Below are positions 9,555 through 20,751 of a stretch of 64,000 nucleotides of DNA, piece by piece. The notes below the pieces were generated by a model that ran no database searches, was not told where the DNA came from, and worked only from the letters and a program-made list of their open reading frames with translations. Source of the DNA: Alphaproteobacteria bacterium (GTDB lineage Bacteria > Pseudomonadota > Alphaproteobacteria > UBA828); contig CAXXMU010000002.1 of the NCBI GenBank assembly GCA_963667785.2, positions 832,001-896,000 on the forward strand, written 5' to 3'. The translations under genes were made by a program, and so were the position numbers. The first letter of the stretch is position 1. Each line of letters starts with the position of its first letter.

Positions 9555-9865
9555 GGCGCGTTGTCCGGCGCGCGGACGCGCATGCCGTCCCACACCTCCG
9601 TGGTGCAGGCGCGCAGCCGGCTGCCGTCCTCGAGCACGACCCAGCAGTCCTGGCAGGCACCCATGTTGCAGAAGCCCGCGCGCAGGCCGCCGTCGAACTC
9701 GTTGCGGCGAAGGGTCACGCCGTTGCAGAGCAGCGCCGTCAGCAGGGTATCGCCGGCGAGCGCGGACAGCGGCCGGCCGCCGTGGTGGATCGTGACGCCG
9801 GGCCGCCCGGTCTCGGCCAGGCGCACGAGCCGGCAAGCGGCTTCGGTTGAGGACGGTTCGGACAT
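9551..9865 (-). CDS. 2Fe-2S binding subunit (HcnA-like)
   Basis: GFCNMGACQDC...RAC; 4-bp overlap with the next gene. Confidence 0.85.
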   Translation of the reverse strand: MSEPSSTEAACRLVRLAETGRPGVTIHHGGRPLSALAGDTLLTALLCNGVTLRRNEFDGGLRAGFCNMGACQDCWVVLEDGSRLRACTTEVWDGMRVRAPDNAP

Positions 9866-9933
9866 GGCCGCTCGTGCTGACACGGCGCCCGGCGCGCGTC
9901 AAGCCGGGCGCCCCGCCCCGGCCGGCCGGAGAG

Positions 9934-11109
9934 TCACCCGGCGCCGCCGGGCGCCCGATTCCGCGCGTAGACGCGGCCCTTCCACTCGCTCCGCCGGCCG
10001 CCCCAGTCGCGCAGCGCCGAGTGCCAAGTCATGGCCAGATAGAGCGTCCCGACCAGCGGCATGGCGAGCGCCCAGCCCGGCGCGACGCGGTAGTAGCGGA
10101 GGGTGGGCAGGTAGCAGCCGGCCATGACGGCGAGGCCCGCGCCGGCGGCAGCCTTGGCCGGCAGCGGCCCGGCGAGGCCCGCGAGAGGCGCCCAGAACGC
10201 GAGCGCCATGAGCGCGGTGCAGAGGAGAAGCAGCGTCGGCGAGTAGCGTAGCTGAGTGTAGGCCGTGCGCGCGACCATGTGCCAGACGTCGCCCAGCCCC
10301 GGATAGGCCCGGTGGCTCGCCGCCCCGAGGCTCACACCGATCCAGGTCCGGTAGCCTGCGTCCTTGACCGCCCGCGCCAGCGCGCAGTCGTCGATGAGCG
10401 CGCCGCGGATCGCGGCGAAGCCGCCGATGGCGTCGAGCACCCGGGTCTCCACGAGCACGCAGCCCCCGGCGGCGGCGGCCACGAGACGGCCCGGCCGGTT
10501 CGCGAGATGGAAGGGATAGAGCAGGCGGAAGAAGAAGACGAAGGCGGGCAGCAGGAGCTTCTCCCATCCGCCCGTCATCCTGAGCGCCGCCATGACGGAG
10601 ACCAGCGCCGCGCCCGTCTCCTCCTTCTTGGCGAGCAACGCATGGATCATCCCCGGCTTCAGCGCGATGTCGGCATCCAGCAGCAGGACGAGCGGGGTCT
10701 CGATCCGCCCCCTCCCCTGCTCCAGCGCCCAGAGCTTGCCGCTCCACCCCTCGGCCAGCGCCTCGCCCTGGCAGATCTCGAGTGCGAGTGCGTCCGGCGC
10801 GGCCTGCCCTGCTGCCTCCGCCGTCCCGTCGTCGGAGCGGTCGTCGACCAGGACCACGCGCAGGCGCTGGTCCCGACCCTGGCCCTGGCCGCCGAGCGCG
10901 GCCAGCGTCTCGCCGATGACCGCCGCCTCGTTGCGGGCGGGGATGAGCACCGTGACGCCGTCGAGGCCGCCGGCGACGGCACCCTCCCCGGTCGCCGGCT
11001 CGAGCCGCTCGCGGACGCGCCAGGGCTGCCACGGCAATATCAGGATGCAGAACCAGAGGAAGGCGCCGGCGGCGGCGAAGCCGCTCCAGAGCGTCGCTAT
11101 TGAGTCCAT
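9934..11109 (-). CDS. GT2 glycosyltransferase, hopene-associated HpnB family
   Basis: IPARNEA, DDRSDDGT, WSGKLWA, DAD, LIDDC, MVARTAYTQL. Confidence 0.8.
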   Translation of the reverse strand: MDSIATLWSGFAAAGAFLWFCILILPWQPWRVRERLEPATGEGAVAGGLDGVTVLIPARNEAAVIGETLAALGGQGQGRDQRLRVVLVDDRSDDGTAEAAGQAAPDALALEICQGEALAEGWSGKLWALEQGRGRIETPLVLLLDADIALKPGMIHALLAKKEETGAALVSVMAALRMTGGWEKLLLPAFVFFFRLLYPFHLANRPGRLVAAAAGGCVLVETRVLDAIGGFAAIRGALIDDCALARAVKDAGYRTWIGVSLGAASHRAYPGLGDVWHMVARTAYTQLRYSPTLLLLCTALMALAFWAPLAGLAGPLPAKAAAGAGLAVMAGCYLPTLRYYRVAPGWALAMPLVGTLYLAMTWHSALRDWGGRRSEWKGRVYARNRAPGGAG

Positions 11110-11222
11110 CGGCGGGGACCGTGCGCCGCCCCCGATGCCGGCTCAGACCGATGGCGCCGGCTGGGCGGCCACGACAGGCAAATCAGTAGACAACGAGGTG
11201 GTCAAACAGGACGGCGCGGGCA

Positions 11223-11645
11223 TCACTTCTCCCGGCGCTTGATGAGGGTCACCACGTTCTTGCCGTCCTCACGCCGGTAGCTGGCTTCGTCCATGAGCTT
11301 CTGCACGAGATAGACGCCGAGCCCGCCGATCGGGCGCTCAGGGATCGGCGAATCGAGATCGGGCTCCGGCGCCTCGGAGAACGGGTCGTATGGCTTGCCG
11401 TCGTCGACGATCTCCATGGTGAGCGTATTGGTCTCCGAGGTCAGCGTGACCTGAAAGTGATGCTGTCCCCCTTCGTCGTAACCGTACTTGACGATGTTGG
11501 TGCCGATTTCCTCCAGCACGAGCTTGATCTGGAACAGAAGATCCTCGGGCCAAACTTCTGCCTGTGCAAGAATATCGACGGCGGCGTGAATACGCTCGAT
11601 CTCGTCGAGCTCCGCTCGCATGTTGAGTGTAAGGTTCGCGCTCAC
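11223..11645 (-). CDS. RsbW-type anti-sigma factor / Ser-Thr kinase (HATPase_c_2)
   Basis: LEEIGTNIVKYG, DDGKPYDP, IGGLGVYLV. Confidence 0.85.
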   Translation of the reverse strand: MSANLTLNMRAELDEIERIHAAVDILAQAEVWPEDLLFQIKLVLEEIGTNIVKYGYDEGGQHHFQVTLTSETNTLTMEIVDDGKPYDPFSEAPEPDLDSPIPERPIGGLGVYLVQKLMDEASYRREDGKNVVTLIKRREK

Positions 11646-11820
11646 TATTCGGTCCTCGCTCGGTGGGAGGGTCGCGCGGGCGATGGCGTCACGCTGGCTC
11701 GGTAATACTCCGCTCGAGTATCTGCTGCATCGGACTGCGAAATGCTCTCTCTGCAGGCGCGGAGATCGGACGCGCCAATAGTTCCACGACACGCTGCTAT
11801 ACCTGCACCCGCTTGGCAAG

Positions 11821-11880
11821 CACCAATGGGGGTTGAAAATTGCTCACGTTGAGGCATGAGGAATTGCGCGCGTTGAGGAC
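11821..11880. mobile_element. possible IS21-like terminal repeat relic
   Basis: Imperfect direct repeats AATTGCTCACGTTGAGG (11838) and AATTGCGCGCGTTGAGG (11862), 24-bp spacing; no transposase nearby. Confidence 0.35.
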
Positions 11881-11957
11881 GCGCCCGATCGCGCCGAGTC
11901 GGCATGCGCCCGGGCGGATTGCCGCCGGGGCCTTTGCACGCGTCAGGGAAGAAAGGA

Positions 11958-12035
11958 TGGGGCGAGTGATGGGATTCGAACCCACGACCCCCGGAACCAC
12001 AATCCGGTGCTCTAACCGACTGAGCTACACTCGCC
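11958..12035 (-). tRNA. tRNA-His (GTG)
   Basis: Cloverleaf: GGCGAGTG acceptor, CCGGA-TTGTGGT-TCCGG anticodon arm, GGTTCGAATCC T-loop, encoded CCA; G-1 and C73. Confidence 0.97.
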
Positions 12036-12121
12036 GCAGCCGGCTTCACTTAGTGAAGGCCGGGTGCGGCGTCAAGCGGACGAGGGGCGTGCGGGCCGAT
12101 TCGCTCAGGCCGCGGTGGGGG

Positions 12122-13831
12122 ATGCGCCTGGCGCTCGCCGCGTTGCTGCTTCTCGCGCTGGCAGGCGCGGGAGTGCTCCCGGCACCGCTCGCGGCCGATA
12201 CCCCTGCCCGCGCCGAGCGCGCGATGATCGCGGCGGCGCACCCGGCGGCGGCCGAGGCCGGCGCCCGGATCCTCGAAGCCGGCGGCGATGCCATCGACGC
12301 GGCGATCGCGGCCCAGATGGTCCTCGGCCTCGTCGAGCCGCAGTCGTCCGGCGTCGGCGGCGGCGGGTTCCTTCTCTACCACGACGCGGAACGGGGTAGC
12401 GTGGAAAGCTACGACGGGCGGGAGACGGCGCCGGCCGCCGTCGACGAGCGCCTCTTCCTCGCTCCCGACGGCACCGCGCGCTCCTGGCTCGAGGTCGCGG
12501 TCGGCGGTCTCCCCGTCGGCGTGCCGGGCGTCGTGCGGATGCTCGAGCGCGTGCACCGCGCGCACGGGCGAACGCCCTGGGCGCGGCTCTTCGAGCCTGC
12601 CGCGGCGCTGGCAGAGCACGGCTTCCTCATCTCGCCACGGCTCGCGCACATGATCGAGCGCAACCCCGACCTGGCGCGCTGGCCGGGCGCCCGCGCCTAC
12701 TACTTCCACCCGGACGGGAGGCCGCGGCGCGCCGGCGAGACGCTGGTCAACGCGGCCTACGCCGAGACCATGCGCGCGATCGCCCGGGACGGCGCCGACG
12801 CGCTCCACGAGGGGCGGATCGCCGCCGAGATCGTCGCCGCCGTGACGGACGACCCTGTCAATCCGGGCGCGCTCTCGCTCGCCGACCTCGCCGACTACCG
12901 CGCTCACGAACGGCCCCCGGTCTGCCTCGACTATCGGCACCACCGCGTCTGCGGCGCGGGCCCGCCGAGCTCGGGCGGGGTGACGGTGCTGCAGATACTG
13001 GGCCTGCTGGAACACTTCGATCTCGCGTCTCTCGCGCCCGGCTCGGTGGAGGCCGTCCACCTGATCAGCGAGGCGAGCCGTCTCGCCTTCGCCGACCGCA
13101 ACCGCTATCTGGCGGACTCCGACTTCGTGCCGGTGCCGGTGGCGGGTCTGCTCGATGCCGACTACCTCGGCGCGCGGGCCAATCTGATCGACCCCACGCA
13201 GGCCATGGACGAGGCCGCGCCGGGCCTGCCGCCGGGCGCAGACGGCCTCGACCGGGCCGATGCGGCCGCGCCGGAGCACGCCTCCACCAGCCATCTCTCG
13301 GTGATCGATGCGCGCGGCAATGCCGTCTCCTTCACGACGAGCGTGGAACGGGCGTTCGGCTCGCGACTCATGGCGGCCGGGTTCATGCTCAACAGCCAGC
13401 TCACCGACTTCTCCTTCGCGCCGGAGGACGCGCAGGGGCCGGTGGCGAACCGGGTGCAGGCAGGCAAGCGGCCGCGCTCGTCGATGGCGCCGACACTGAT
13501 CCTCGACGGCGACGGCAGGCTCGTGGCGGCCCTCGGCTCGCCGGGGGGCTCCCGCATCATCGGCTTCGTCGCCCAGTCCGTCATCGCCCTCCTCGACTGG
13601 GGCCTCGATGCCCAGGCCGCACTCAGCCTGCCGCGCCACGTCAACCGGAACGGCGCGACCGAGCTGGAGGCCGGCACCTCGCTGGAGCGGCTGGCGCCCG
13701 CCCTGGAGGCGCTTGGGCACGAGGTTCGCATCGGGCCGATGGTGAGCGGCCTGCACGCGGTGCGCCGTGTCGGAGGCGGCCTGGAAGGCGGCGCCGACCC
13801 GCGCCGCGAAGGCATCGCGCTGGGTTACTGA
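12122..13831 (+). CDS. ggt: gamma-glutamyltransferase
   Basis: Signal peptide, EPQSSGVGGGGF, DGRETAP, nucleophile TSHLSV, KRPRSSMAP, GSPGG, DPRREG. Confidence 0.95.
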   Translation: MRLALAALLLLALAGAGVLPAPLAADTPARAERAMIAAAHPAAAEAGARILEAGGDAIDAAIAAQMVLGLVEPQSSGVGGGGFLLYHDAERGSVESYDGRETAPAAVDERLFLAPDGTARSWLEVAVGGLPVGVPGVVRMLERVHRAHGRTPWARLFEPAAALAEHGFLISPRLAHMIERNPDLARWPGARAYYFHPDGRPRRAGETLVNAAYAETMRAIARDGADALHEGRIAAEIVAAVTDDPVNPGALSLADLADYRAHERPPVCLDYRHHRVCGAGPPSSGGVTVLQILGLLEHFDLASLAPGSVEAVHLISEASRLAFADRNRYLADSDFVPVPVAGLLDADYLGARANLIDPTQAMDEAAPGLPPGADGLDRADAAAPEHASTSHLSVIDARGNAVSFTTSVERAFGSRLMAAGFMLNSQLTDFSFAPEDAQGPVANRVQAGKRPRSSMAPTLILDGDGRLVAALGSPGGSRIIGFVAQSVIALLDWGLDAQAALSLPRHVNRNGATELEAGTSLERLAPALEALGHEVRIGPMVSGLHAVRRVGGGLEGGADPRREGIALGY

Positions 13832-13867
13832 GCGCGCCGCAGCAGCGCAAGGCCCGCGCCGCCCGGC

Positions 13868-15298
13868 TCAGGCGGTGCCGCGCTCGGGCGAGGCCGGCAG
13901 GCGCAGCCGGAAGACCGTGCCGGCGGGCCCCGAGCTTTCGAGGCCGATATCGCCGTCGTGGTTGCGCATGAGATCGCGCGCGATGGCGAGGCCGAGGCCG
14001 GTGCCGTCGCCGCGGCCGCCGCTGGCGAAGACCTCGAACAAATGGTCGCGCACCTCGGCGGGAAGGCCGGGGCCCGTGTCGGCGATCTCGACGATGGTGT
14101 CGGTTCCGTCCGGCCAGGCGCCGATTCGCACGGTGCCGCCCCCGCCGCAGCGCGCCAGCGCCTCGACGGCATTCTGTGTCAGGTTGATGACGACCCGGTA
14201 GAGCTGATCGCGGTCGGCGCTGACCGCGAGCCCCGGCGGCACCTCGTTGCACCAGACGCACCCGTCGCCGTCGCCGAGCGGAAGCGCCGCCCCCACCTCG
14301 TCGACCAGCGGCGCCAGCGCGAACGACGTGCGGCGCGGCGCGGGCAGCAGGCCGGTCGCGAAGCTCAGCGTCTGGGTACAAAGCGCGATGGCCCTGTCGA
14401 TCGCGGCAACGAGGGGCAGCGCCAGCTTCTGCACGTCCGGATCGCGGGCCGCCGCCAGGCGATCCGTCAACACCGCCGCGGTCGCCAGCATGTTGCGCAG
14501 ATCGTGGTTGATCTTGGCGACGCCGGCGCCGAGGGTCGCGAGCCTCGCCTTCTGGCGGAGCGCGGCGCGCACGCGCCGCTGCATGACCTGGAGCTCCCGC
14601 TGCGCGAGCCCGATCTCGTCGCGCCGGCCGCTGACCCTCACGGTCGAGGCGGCGTCCTCCGGCGCGCGCCGGAACGAGACCAGACTGTCGGTCATGCGGC
14701 CGAGCGGCAGCACCATCAGCCAGTGCAGCGAGAGATAGACGAGGCCGGCCACGATGAAGGCGAGGACGATGGAGAGGATGAGAATCCGCTCCGAGTAGTC
14801 GAGCATCGACGCGAACATGGGGGCTTCCGGCAGCATGATGTCGACGACCGTGTCGGCGGGATCGCCGGGCGCGGTCCCCATCACCCGAATCGTCCGATCG
14901 CCGCCGTGGCGGAGCGTGTCCGCCGCGTGCCCGATCAGGCCGAGCGGGGTCGCCTCGCGCAGGTCGAAGCTCGCGTCGATCTCGGCCGGCATGTCGTCGC
15001 CGAGCACCAGTATCCGCGTGCCCGGCCGCTTGAGGGACACCGCGCTGACGCCGGCGCGGTCCAGGAGGGCGGCGCGCAGCTCCTCCGTCACCATGCCGTC
15101 CGGCGACGCCTCGACCGCCAGCGCCGCGATCCGCGCGGCGTCGATCCGCTCCTCGAGAAAGACCAGGCGATGGCGCGCGATCGAGGGGACGTAGATCAGC
15201 ACTTCGCCCAGGAGGACGAACAGTATCGTGAGGACCAGCAGCCGCGCCGAGAGTCCGCGGGCCGCGCGCGACAGGACGGTAAGGGTAAACCCAGCCAA
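13868..15298 (-). CDS. HAMP-domain sensor histidine kinase
   Basis: Two TM segments, INHDLRNML H-box, NLTQNA, DTGPG, GTGLGL; start uncertain. Confidence 0.9.
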   Translation of the reverse strand: MAGFTLTVLSRAARGLSARLLVLTILFVLLGEVLIYVPSIARHRLVFLEERIDAARIAALAVEASPDGMVTEELRAALLDRAGVSAVSLKRPGTRILVLGDDMPAEIDASFDLREATPLGLIGHAADTLRHGGDRTIRVMGTAPGDPADTVVDIMLPEAPMFASMLDYSERILILSIVLAFIVAGLVYLSLHWLMVLPLGRMTDSLVSFRRAPEDAASTVRVSGRRDEIGLAQRELQVMQRRVRAALRQKARLATLGAGVAKINHDLRNMLATAAVLTDRLAAARDPDVQKLALPLVAAIDRAIALCTQTLSFATGLLPAPRRTSFALAPLVDEVGAALPLGDGDGCVWCNEVPPGLAVSADRDQLYRVVINLTQNAVEALARCGGGGTVRIGAWPDGTDTIVEIADTGPGLPAEVRDHLFEVFASGGRGDGTGLGLAIARDLMRNHDGDIGLESSGPAGTVFRLRLPASPERGTA

Positions 15299-15393
15299 GA
15301 CGTCTCGAGGCGATCGCCTGTTGTCTCTCTCGCCCGACTATAGAGCGGGCGCCGCGCGCGCGCCACGCCGGCCGCGCCGGCCAAGCGGGGCGT

Positions 15394-16800
15394 CTATCCC
15401 AGGCGCTGGAGCATGCGCACGATACGGCGCGTCCTGGCGCCAAACAGCACGGGCGTGTGGAAGCTGCCTGCGGCCCTGGCGCTCGCCTCGCTCAGGGTGG
15501 GATAGGGAACGATCGCCTGCGAGAGCTTGCCGACGCCCAGTCGGTGCTTCACGGCGAGCACCCAGGGCAGGATCAGCTCGCCGGCATGGCGGCCCACGAT
15601 GGAGGCGCCCAGCACCCGGCCGCGCCGGGTCGCCACGACTTTCACCAGTCCCTCGGTCGCGCCCTCGGCGATGGCCCGGTCGTTCTCCTCGAAGGGGAAG
15701 CGCAGGATGCGCGGCTCTTCGCCCTGCGCCCGCGCCTCCGCCTCGCTCAAGCCCACATGGGCGAGTTCGGGATCGGTGTAGGTGACCCACGGCACGGCGA
15801 CGTAGCGCGCCTTCGCGGGGATGCGGAAGAGCGCGTTGGTCAGCACGATCCGCGCCTGATAGCTCGCCGTGTGGGTGAAGCGGTAGGGGCCGACGACATC
15901 GCCGATGGCGTAGATGCGCTTGTTGGTCGTGCGCAGGCGACGGTCGACCAGCACCGCACCGTCGCTGAGCGCCACGTCCGCGCTGTCCAGCCCGAGATCG
16001 TCCACGTTCGGTCGCCTTCCTGCCGCCACCAGAAGGTGCGAGCCCTCGATCCGCCGGCTCTCGCCGCCGCCCTCGCCGCCCGCCCTATAGGTGAGCGCGA
16101 TCCCGCCGTCGTCGCCAGCGCCGACCGCGGTCACGGTCGACTCCTCGCAGACCGTCACGCCCTCCTCCACCAGCCGCGCGCGCACGATGGCCGCGAGCTC
16201 CGGGTCGTCGCGCCCGAGCACCCGCCCCTTCTCGACCAGCGTGACCTCTGCGCCGAGGCGGCGGTAGGCCTGCGCCATCTCGACGCCGACGGGGCCGCCG
16301 CCGAGCACCAGCAGGTGGCTCGGCTCCGGCGCCGAATCGAACAGCGTCTCGTTGGTGAAGTAGGGGACCGTGTCGAGACCGGGGATATCGGGCACGCGCG
16401 GGCCGGAGCCGGTGGCGATGACGAAGCGCCGCGCCGTCACGCTGGTATCGCCCACCTCCAGGAAGCGGGGTTTGACGAATCGGGCCTTGCCGAACACCAC
16501 GTAGGCGCCGAGGCGGCGGAAGCGCTCGGCAGAATCGTGGGGCTCGATCGCGGCGATCGCGCCGCGCATGTGGTCGTAGGCGGCGGCGAAGTCGTCGCCC
16601 CGCGCTGCCGCCGCGAGCAGGGCCTTGGACGGAACGCAGCCGGTGTTCAGGCACTCGCCGCCCATCCGGGACTGCTCGATCAGGATGACCGAGGCGCCCA
16701 TCTGGACGGCACCCGCGGCCAGCGAGAGGCCGCCCGATCCGGCCCCGATCACGCAGAGGTCGGCCTTGATCCTGTCGGTTATGGTCCCGGACCGGTTCAC
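15394..16800 (-). CDS. pyridine nucleotide-disulfide oxidoreductase (LpdA/MerA-like family)
   Basis: GAGSGG, GGECLNTGCVPSK, GGGPVG, YPTLSE; no MerA C-terminal CC. Confidence 0.9.
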   Translation of the reverse strand: MNRSGTITDRIKADLCVIGAGSGGLSLAAGAVQMGASVILIEQSRMGGECLNTGCVPSKALLAAAARGDDFAAAYDHMRGAIAAIEPHDSAERFRRLGAYVVFGKARFVKPRFLEVGDTSVTARRFVIATGSGPRVPDIPGLDTVPYFTNETLFDSAPEPSHLLVLGGGPVGVEMAQAYRRLGAEVTLVEKGRVLGRDDPELAAIVRARLVEEGVTVCEESTVTAVGAGDDGGIALTYRAGGEGGGESRRIEGSHLLVAAGRRPNVDDLGLDSADVALSDGAVLVDRRLRTTNKRIYAIGDVVGPYRFTHTASYQARIVLTNALFRIPAKARYVAVPWVTYTDPELAHVGLSEAEARAQGEEPRILRFPFEENDRAIAEGATEGLVKVVATRRGRVLGASIVGRHAGELILPWVLAVKHRLGVGKLSQAIVPYPTLSEASARAAGSFHTPVLFGARTRRIVRMLQRLG

Positions 16801-17246
16801 GCCCTCTGCTCCCACGCGCCGCCCTCGGTCTGTTCCCAGTAGGTGACCGTGTCGCCCCGGTCCTTGTGCGCGCGCCAGCGGGCACGAGCCGCCTCCAGCG
16901 CCTGCGGGTCCGTGCCGTCGAACATGTCGAGGCAGCGCTCGAAGCGGTCGAGATCGGAAGGGGCGATGCCATCCACCATGACCACTATATGGGCACCGTT
17001 GGGCACCGCGTCATCGGCCGACAGCAGGATCGGCTGGCGCTCGGGCCGGCCGCCCCGCACCGTGCCGTGGGGCAGGAACGAGCCCTGCTCGTAGGTCCAG
17101 AGCGCAGCATCGAGGGCGTCCGCGCGCTCCTCCGAGCCGGTCAGCACCATCGCGCGGCGGCCGCTCTCCAGCACCTTCTCCAGCAGCTTGGGGAGCGCCT
17201 TCTCCAGCGGCGTGCGACGAAGCTGGTAGAAGGCGATCTCGGCCAT
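16797..17246 (-). CDS. holC: DNA polymerase III chi subunit
   Basis: FYQL, LDAALW, SFLPHG, ARARW; follows pepA. Confidence 0.93.
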   Translation of the reverse strand: MAEIAFYQLRRTPLEKALPKLLEKVLESGRRAMVLTGSEERADALDAALWTYEQGSFLPHGTVRGGRPERQPILLSADDAVPNGAHIVVMVDGIAPSDLDRFERCLDMFDGTDPQALEAARARWRAHKDRGDTVTYWEQTEGGAWEQRA

Positions 17247-17256
17247 CGCGCCTGTG

Positions 17257-18759
17257 TCAGGCCTCGTAGTGCATGCGCACCAGCCGGTCGAGGAGCCGGA
17301 CGCCGAAGCCGGTCGCGCCCTTGGGCACGGTCGGGTCGTAGTCGCGCTTCATCCACGCCGTGCCGGCGATGTCGAGATGCGCCCACGGCACGCCGTTGAC
17401 GAAGCGCTGGAGGAACTGGGCGGCGGCCACGCTGCCGGCCTCCCGCCCCTTGCCGACGTTCTTCATGTCGGCGATGGCGGAGTCGATGTCCTTGTCGTAG
17501 CGCTCGCCGAGGGGCATGCGCCAGACCTCCTCGCCGGCCTCCTTGCCCGCCGCGAGCAACCGCTCCGCCAGCTTGTCGTCGTTGCTGAACATCCCCGCCT
17601 GGAAGGTGCCGAGGCTGACGATGATCGCGCCGGTGAGCGTCGCGAGGTTGACCATGAAGCGGGGCTTGTAGGTCGCCTGGGTGTACCAGAGCGCGTCGGC
17701 GAGCACGAGGCGGCCCTCGGCGTCGGTGTTGATGACCTCGATGGTCTGACCCGACATCGAGGTCACGACGTCGCCCGGGCGCTGCGCCTTGCCGTCCGGC
17801 ATGTTCTCGACCAGCCCGACGACGCCGACGGCATTGACCCGCGCCTTGCGGCCGGCCAGGCACTTCATCAGGCCGTACACCGCCGCCGCGCCGGCCATGT
17901 CGTACTTCATCTCCTCCATGCCCTGGCTCGGCTTGATGGAGATGCCGCCGGTATCGAAGGTCACGCCCTTGCCGATGAAGGCGACGGGCTGCTGATCCGC
18001 CCCTTCGGGCGCGCCGTTCCAGCGCATGACCGCGAGATAGGGCTCGTTCTCGCTGCCCTGGGCGACTCCGAGCAGCGAGCCCATGCCGAGAGACGCCATC
18101 CTCTCGCGATCGAGGAGCTCGACCTCGACCCCGTCCGCGGCGAGCGCCTCGATGTCCTGGGTGATGGCCTTCGGATACTTGACGTTGCCGGGTTCCGAGA
18201 TCATGTCGCGCGCGGCGAAGACGCCGTCGGCGAGCTTCTCGTTCGGCCCGAACGCCCGCCGCGCCGCCGCCGGCTCCCCCAGCATCACGGTGAGCTGGCC
18301 GAGGGACTTCTTGTCCTCGTCCTTCTTCTTGGTGTGGTACTTGTCGAAGCTGTAGCTGCCGAGGCGCGCGCCGACGGCGATCTCCGCGGCCATTGCGGGC
18401 GGCGCCATGGCAGCGCCGTCCACCGCGTCCACGACGATGGCGCCGGACTTCGCGCCGGCGGCGTTCATGCGGCCGACGACCGCGCCGCCGAGCGCCCGCA
18501 TCCGGCGGCCGTCGATCTTGGCCGGCCGGCCGAGGCCCACGAGAAGGACGGCATCGAGCGCGAGACCGTGCGGGGCGACGACGGTCGTCGAGCTTCCCGG
18601 CTTGCCCTTGAAGCGGCCCGCGGAAAGCGCGCGTGTGAGCGCGCCGCCGGTCTCCTCGTCGAGCGCGCGGGCGGTCGGGCCCAGCGCACGGTCCTCCGTC
18701 ACGGGGACGGCGATGACGCCCCTGGACGGCGTCTTGATCTGGGAAAACGAAATCTTCAT
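17257..18759 (-). CDS. pepA: leucyl aminopeptidase
   Basis: GKGVTFDTGG, MKYDMAG, NTDAEGRLVLAD, ATLTGA. Confidence 0.96.
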   Translation of the reverse strand: MKISFSQIKTPSRGVIAVPVTEDRALGPTARALDEETGGALTRALSAGRFKGKPGSSTTVVAPHGLALDAVLLVGLGRPAKIDGRRMRALGGAVVGRMNAAGAKSGAIVVDAVDGAAMAPPAMAAEIAVGARLGSYSFDKYHTKKKDEDKKSLGQLTVMLGEPAAARRAFGPNEKLADGVFAARDMISEPGNVKYPKAITQDIEALAADGVEVELLDRERMASLGMGSLLGVAQGSENEPYLAVMRWNGAPEGADQQPVAFIGKGVTFDTGGISIKPSQGMEEMKYDMAGAAAVYGLMKCLAGRKARVNAVGVVGLVENMPDGKAQRPGDVVTSMSGQTIEVINTDAEGRLVLADALWYTQATYKPRFMVNLATLTGAIIVSLGTFQAGMFSNDDKLAERLLAAGKEAGEEVWRMPLGERYDKDIDSAIADMKNVGKGREAGSVAAAQFLQRFVNGVPWAHLDIAGTAWMKRDYDPTVPKGATGFGVRLLDRLVRMHYEA

Positions 18760-18879
18760 GGAACGGTCCATCCTGACGATGCCTGCGCCGGCCGCGCGGT
18801 CTGCACACGCACCCCGCAGCTATCCTATAGCCAAGGTGGTGCGCTGGGTGAAGGGAGGCAAGCCCGCGAGCCGGGCGAT

Positions 18880-20487
<1,608 letters not shown>

Positions 20488-20751
20488 CGGCTGCTCATGG
20501 CTTGGGGGGAGGTACACACGCGGCCAAAACCGCACGACCCGGGCGCAGCGCCGGTGCCGGGTGAGGATCGAGCGTTCCCCGAGTCGTTCATGAGTGTCGA
20601 TCGTGGCGTCGAAAGCAATCGTGCCGACCTGCGGCGTGCATAACAGGATTCGCGGGCGAATGCCAACGACGCCGCAGCCGTGGGTACGGAAGCGCCTCCG
20701 GCACGCAATCCTGTGCGCCGTTCCCGGCAAAATGAGCTAGGTTCCGGCGCC

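Noticed and set aside
7021-9865. Cyanide biosynthesis (hcnABC)
   Set aside because: The architecture is shared with catabolic dehydrogenases; nothing here is specific for HCN synthesis
9934-11109. Hopanoid biosynthesis cluster
   Set aside because: Only an hpnB-like gene is present; no shc or hpnCDE in the window
11958-12035. Prophage/ICE attachment at tRNA-His
   Set aside because: No integrase and no second copy of the tRNA 3' end noticed in the window
11840-12121. N-terminal extension of the ggt ORF
   Set aside because: Overlaps tRNA-His; the signal peptide starts at 12122
15394-16800. merA or lpdA assignment
   Set aside because: No C-terminal Cys-Cys or mer genes, and YPTLSE replaces the LpdA HPTxxE motif; left at family level
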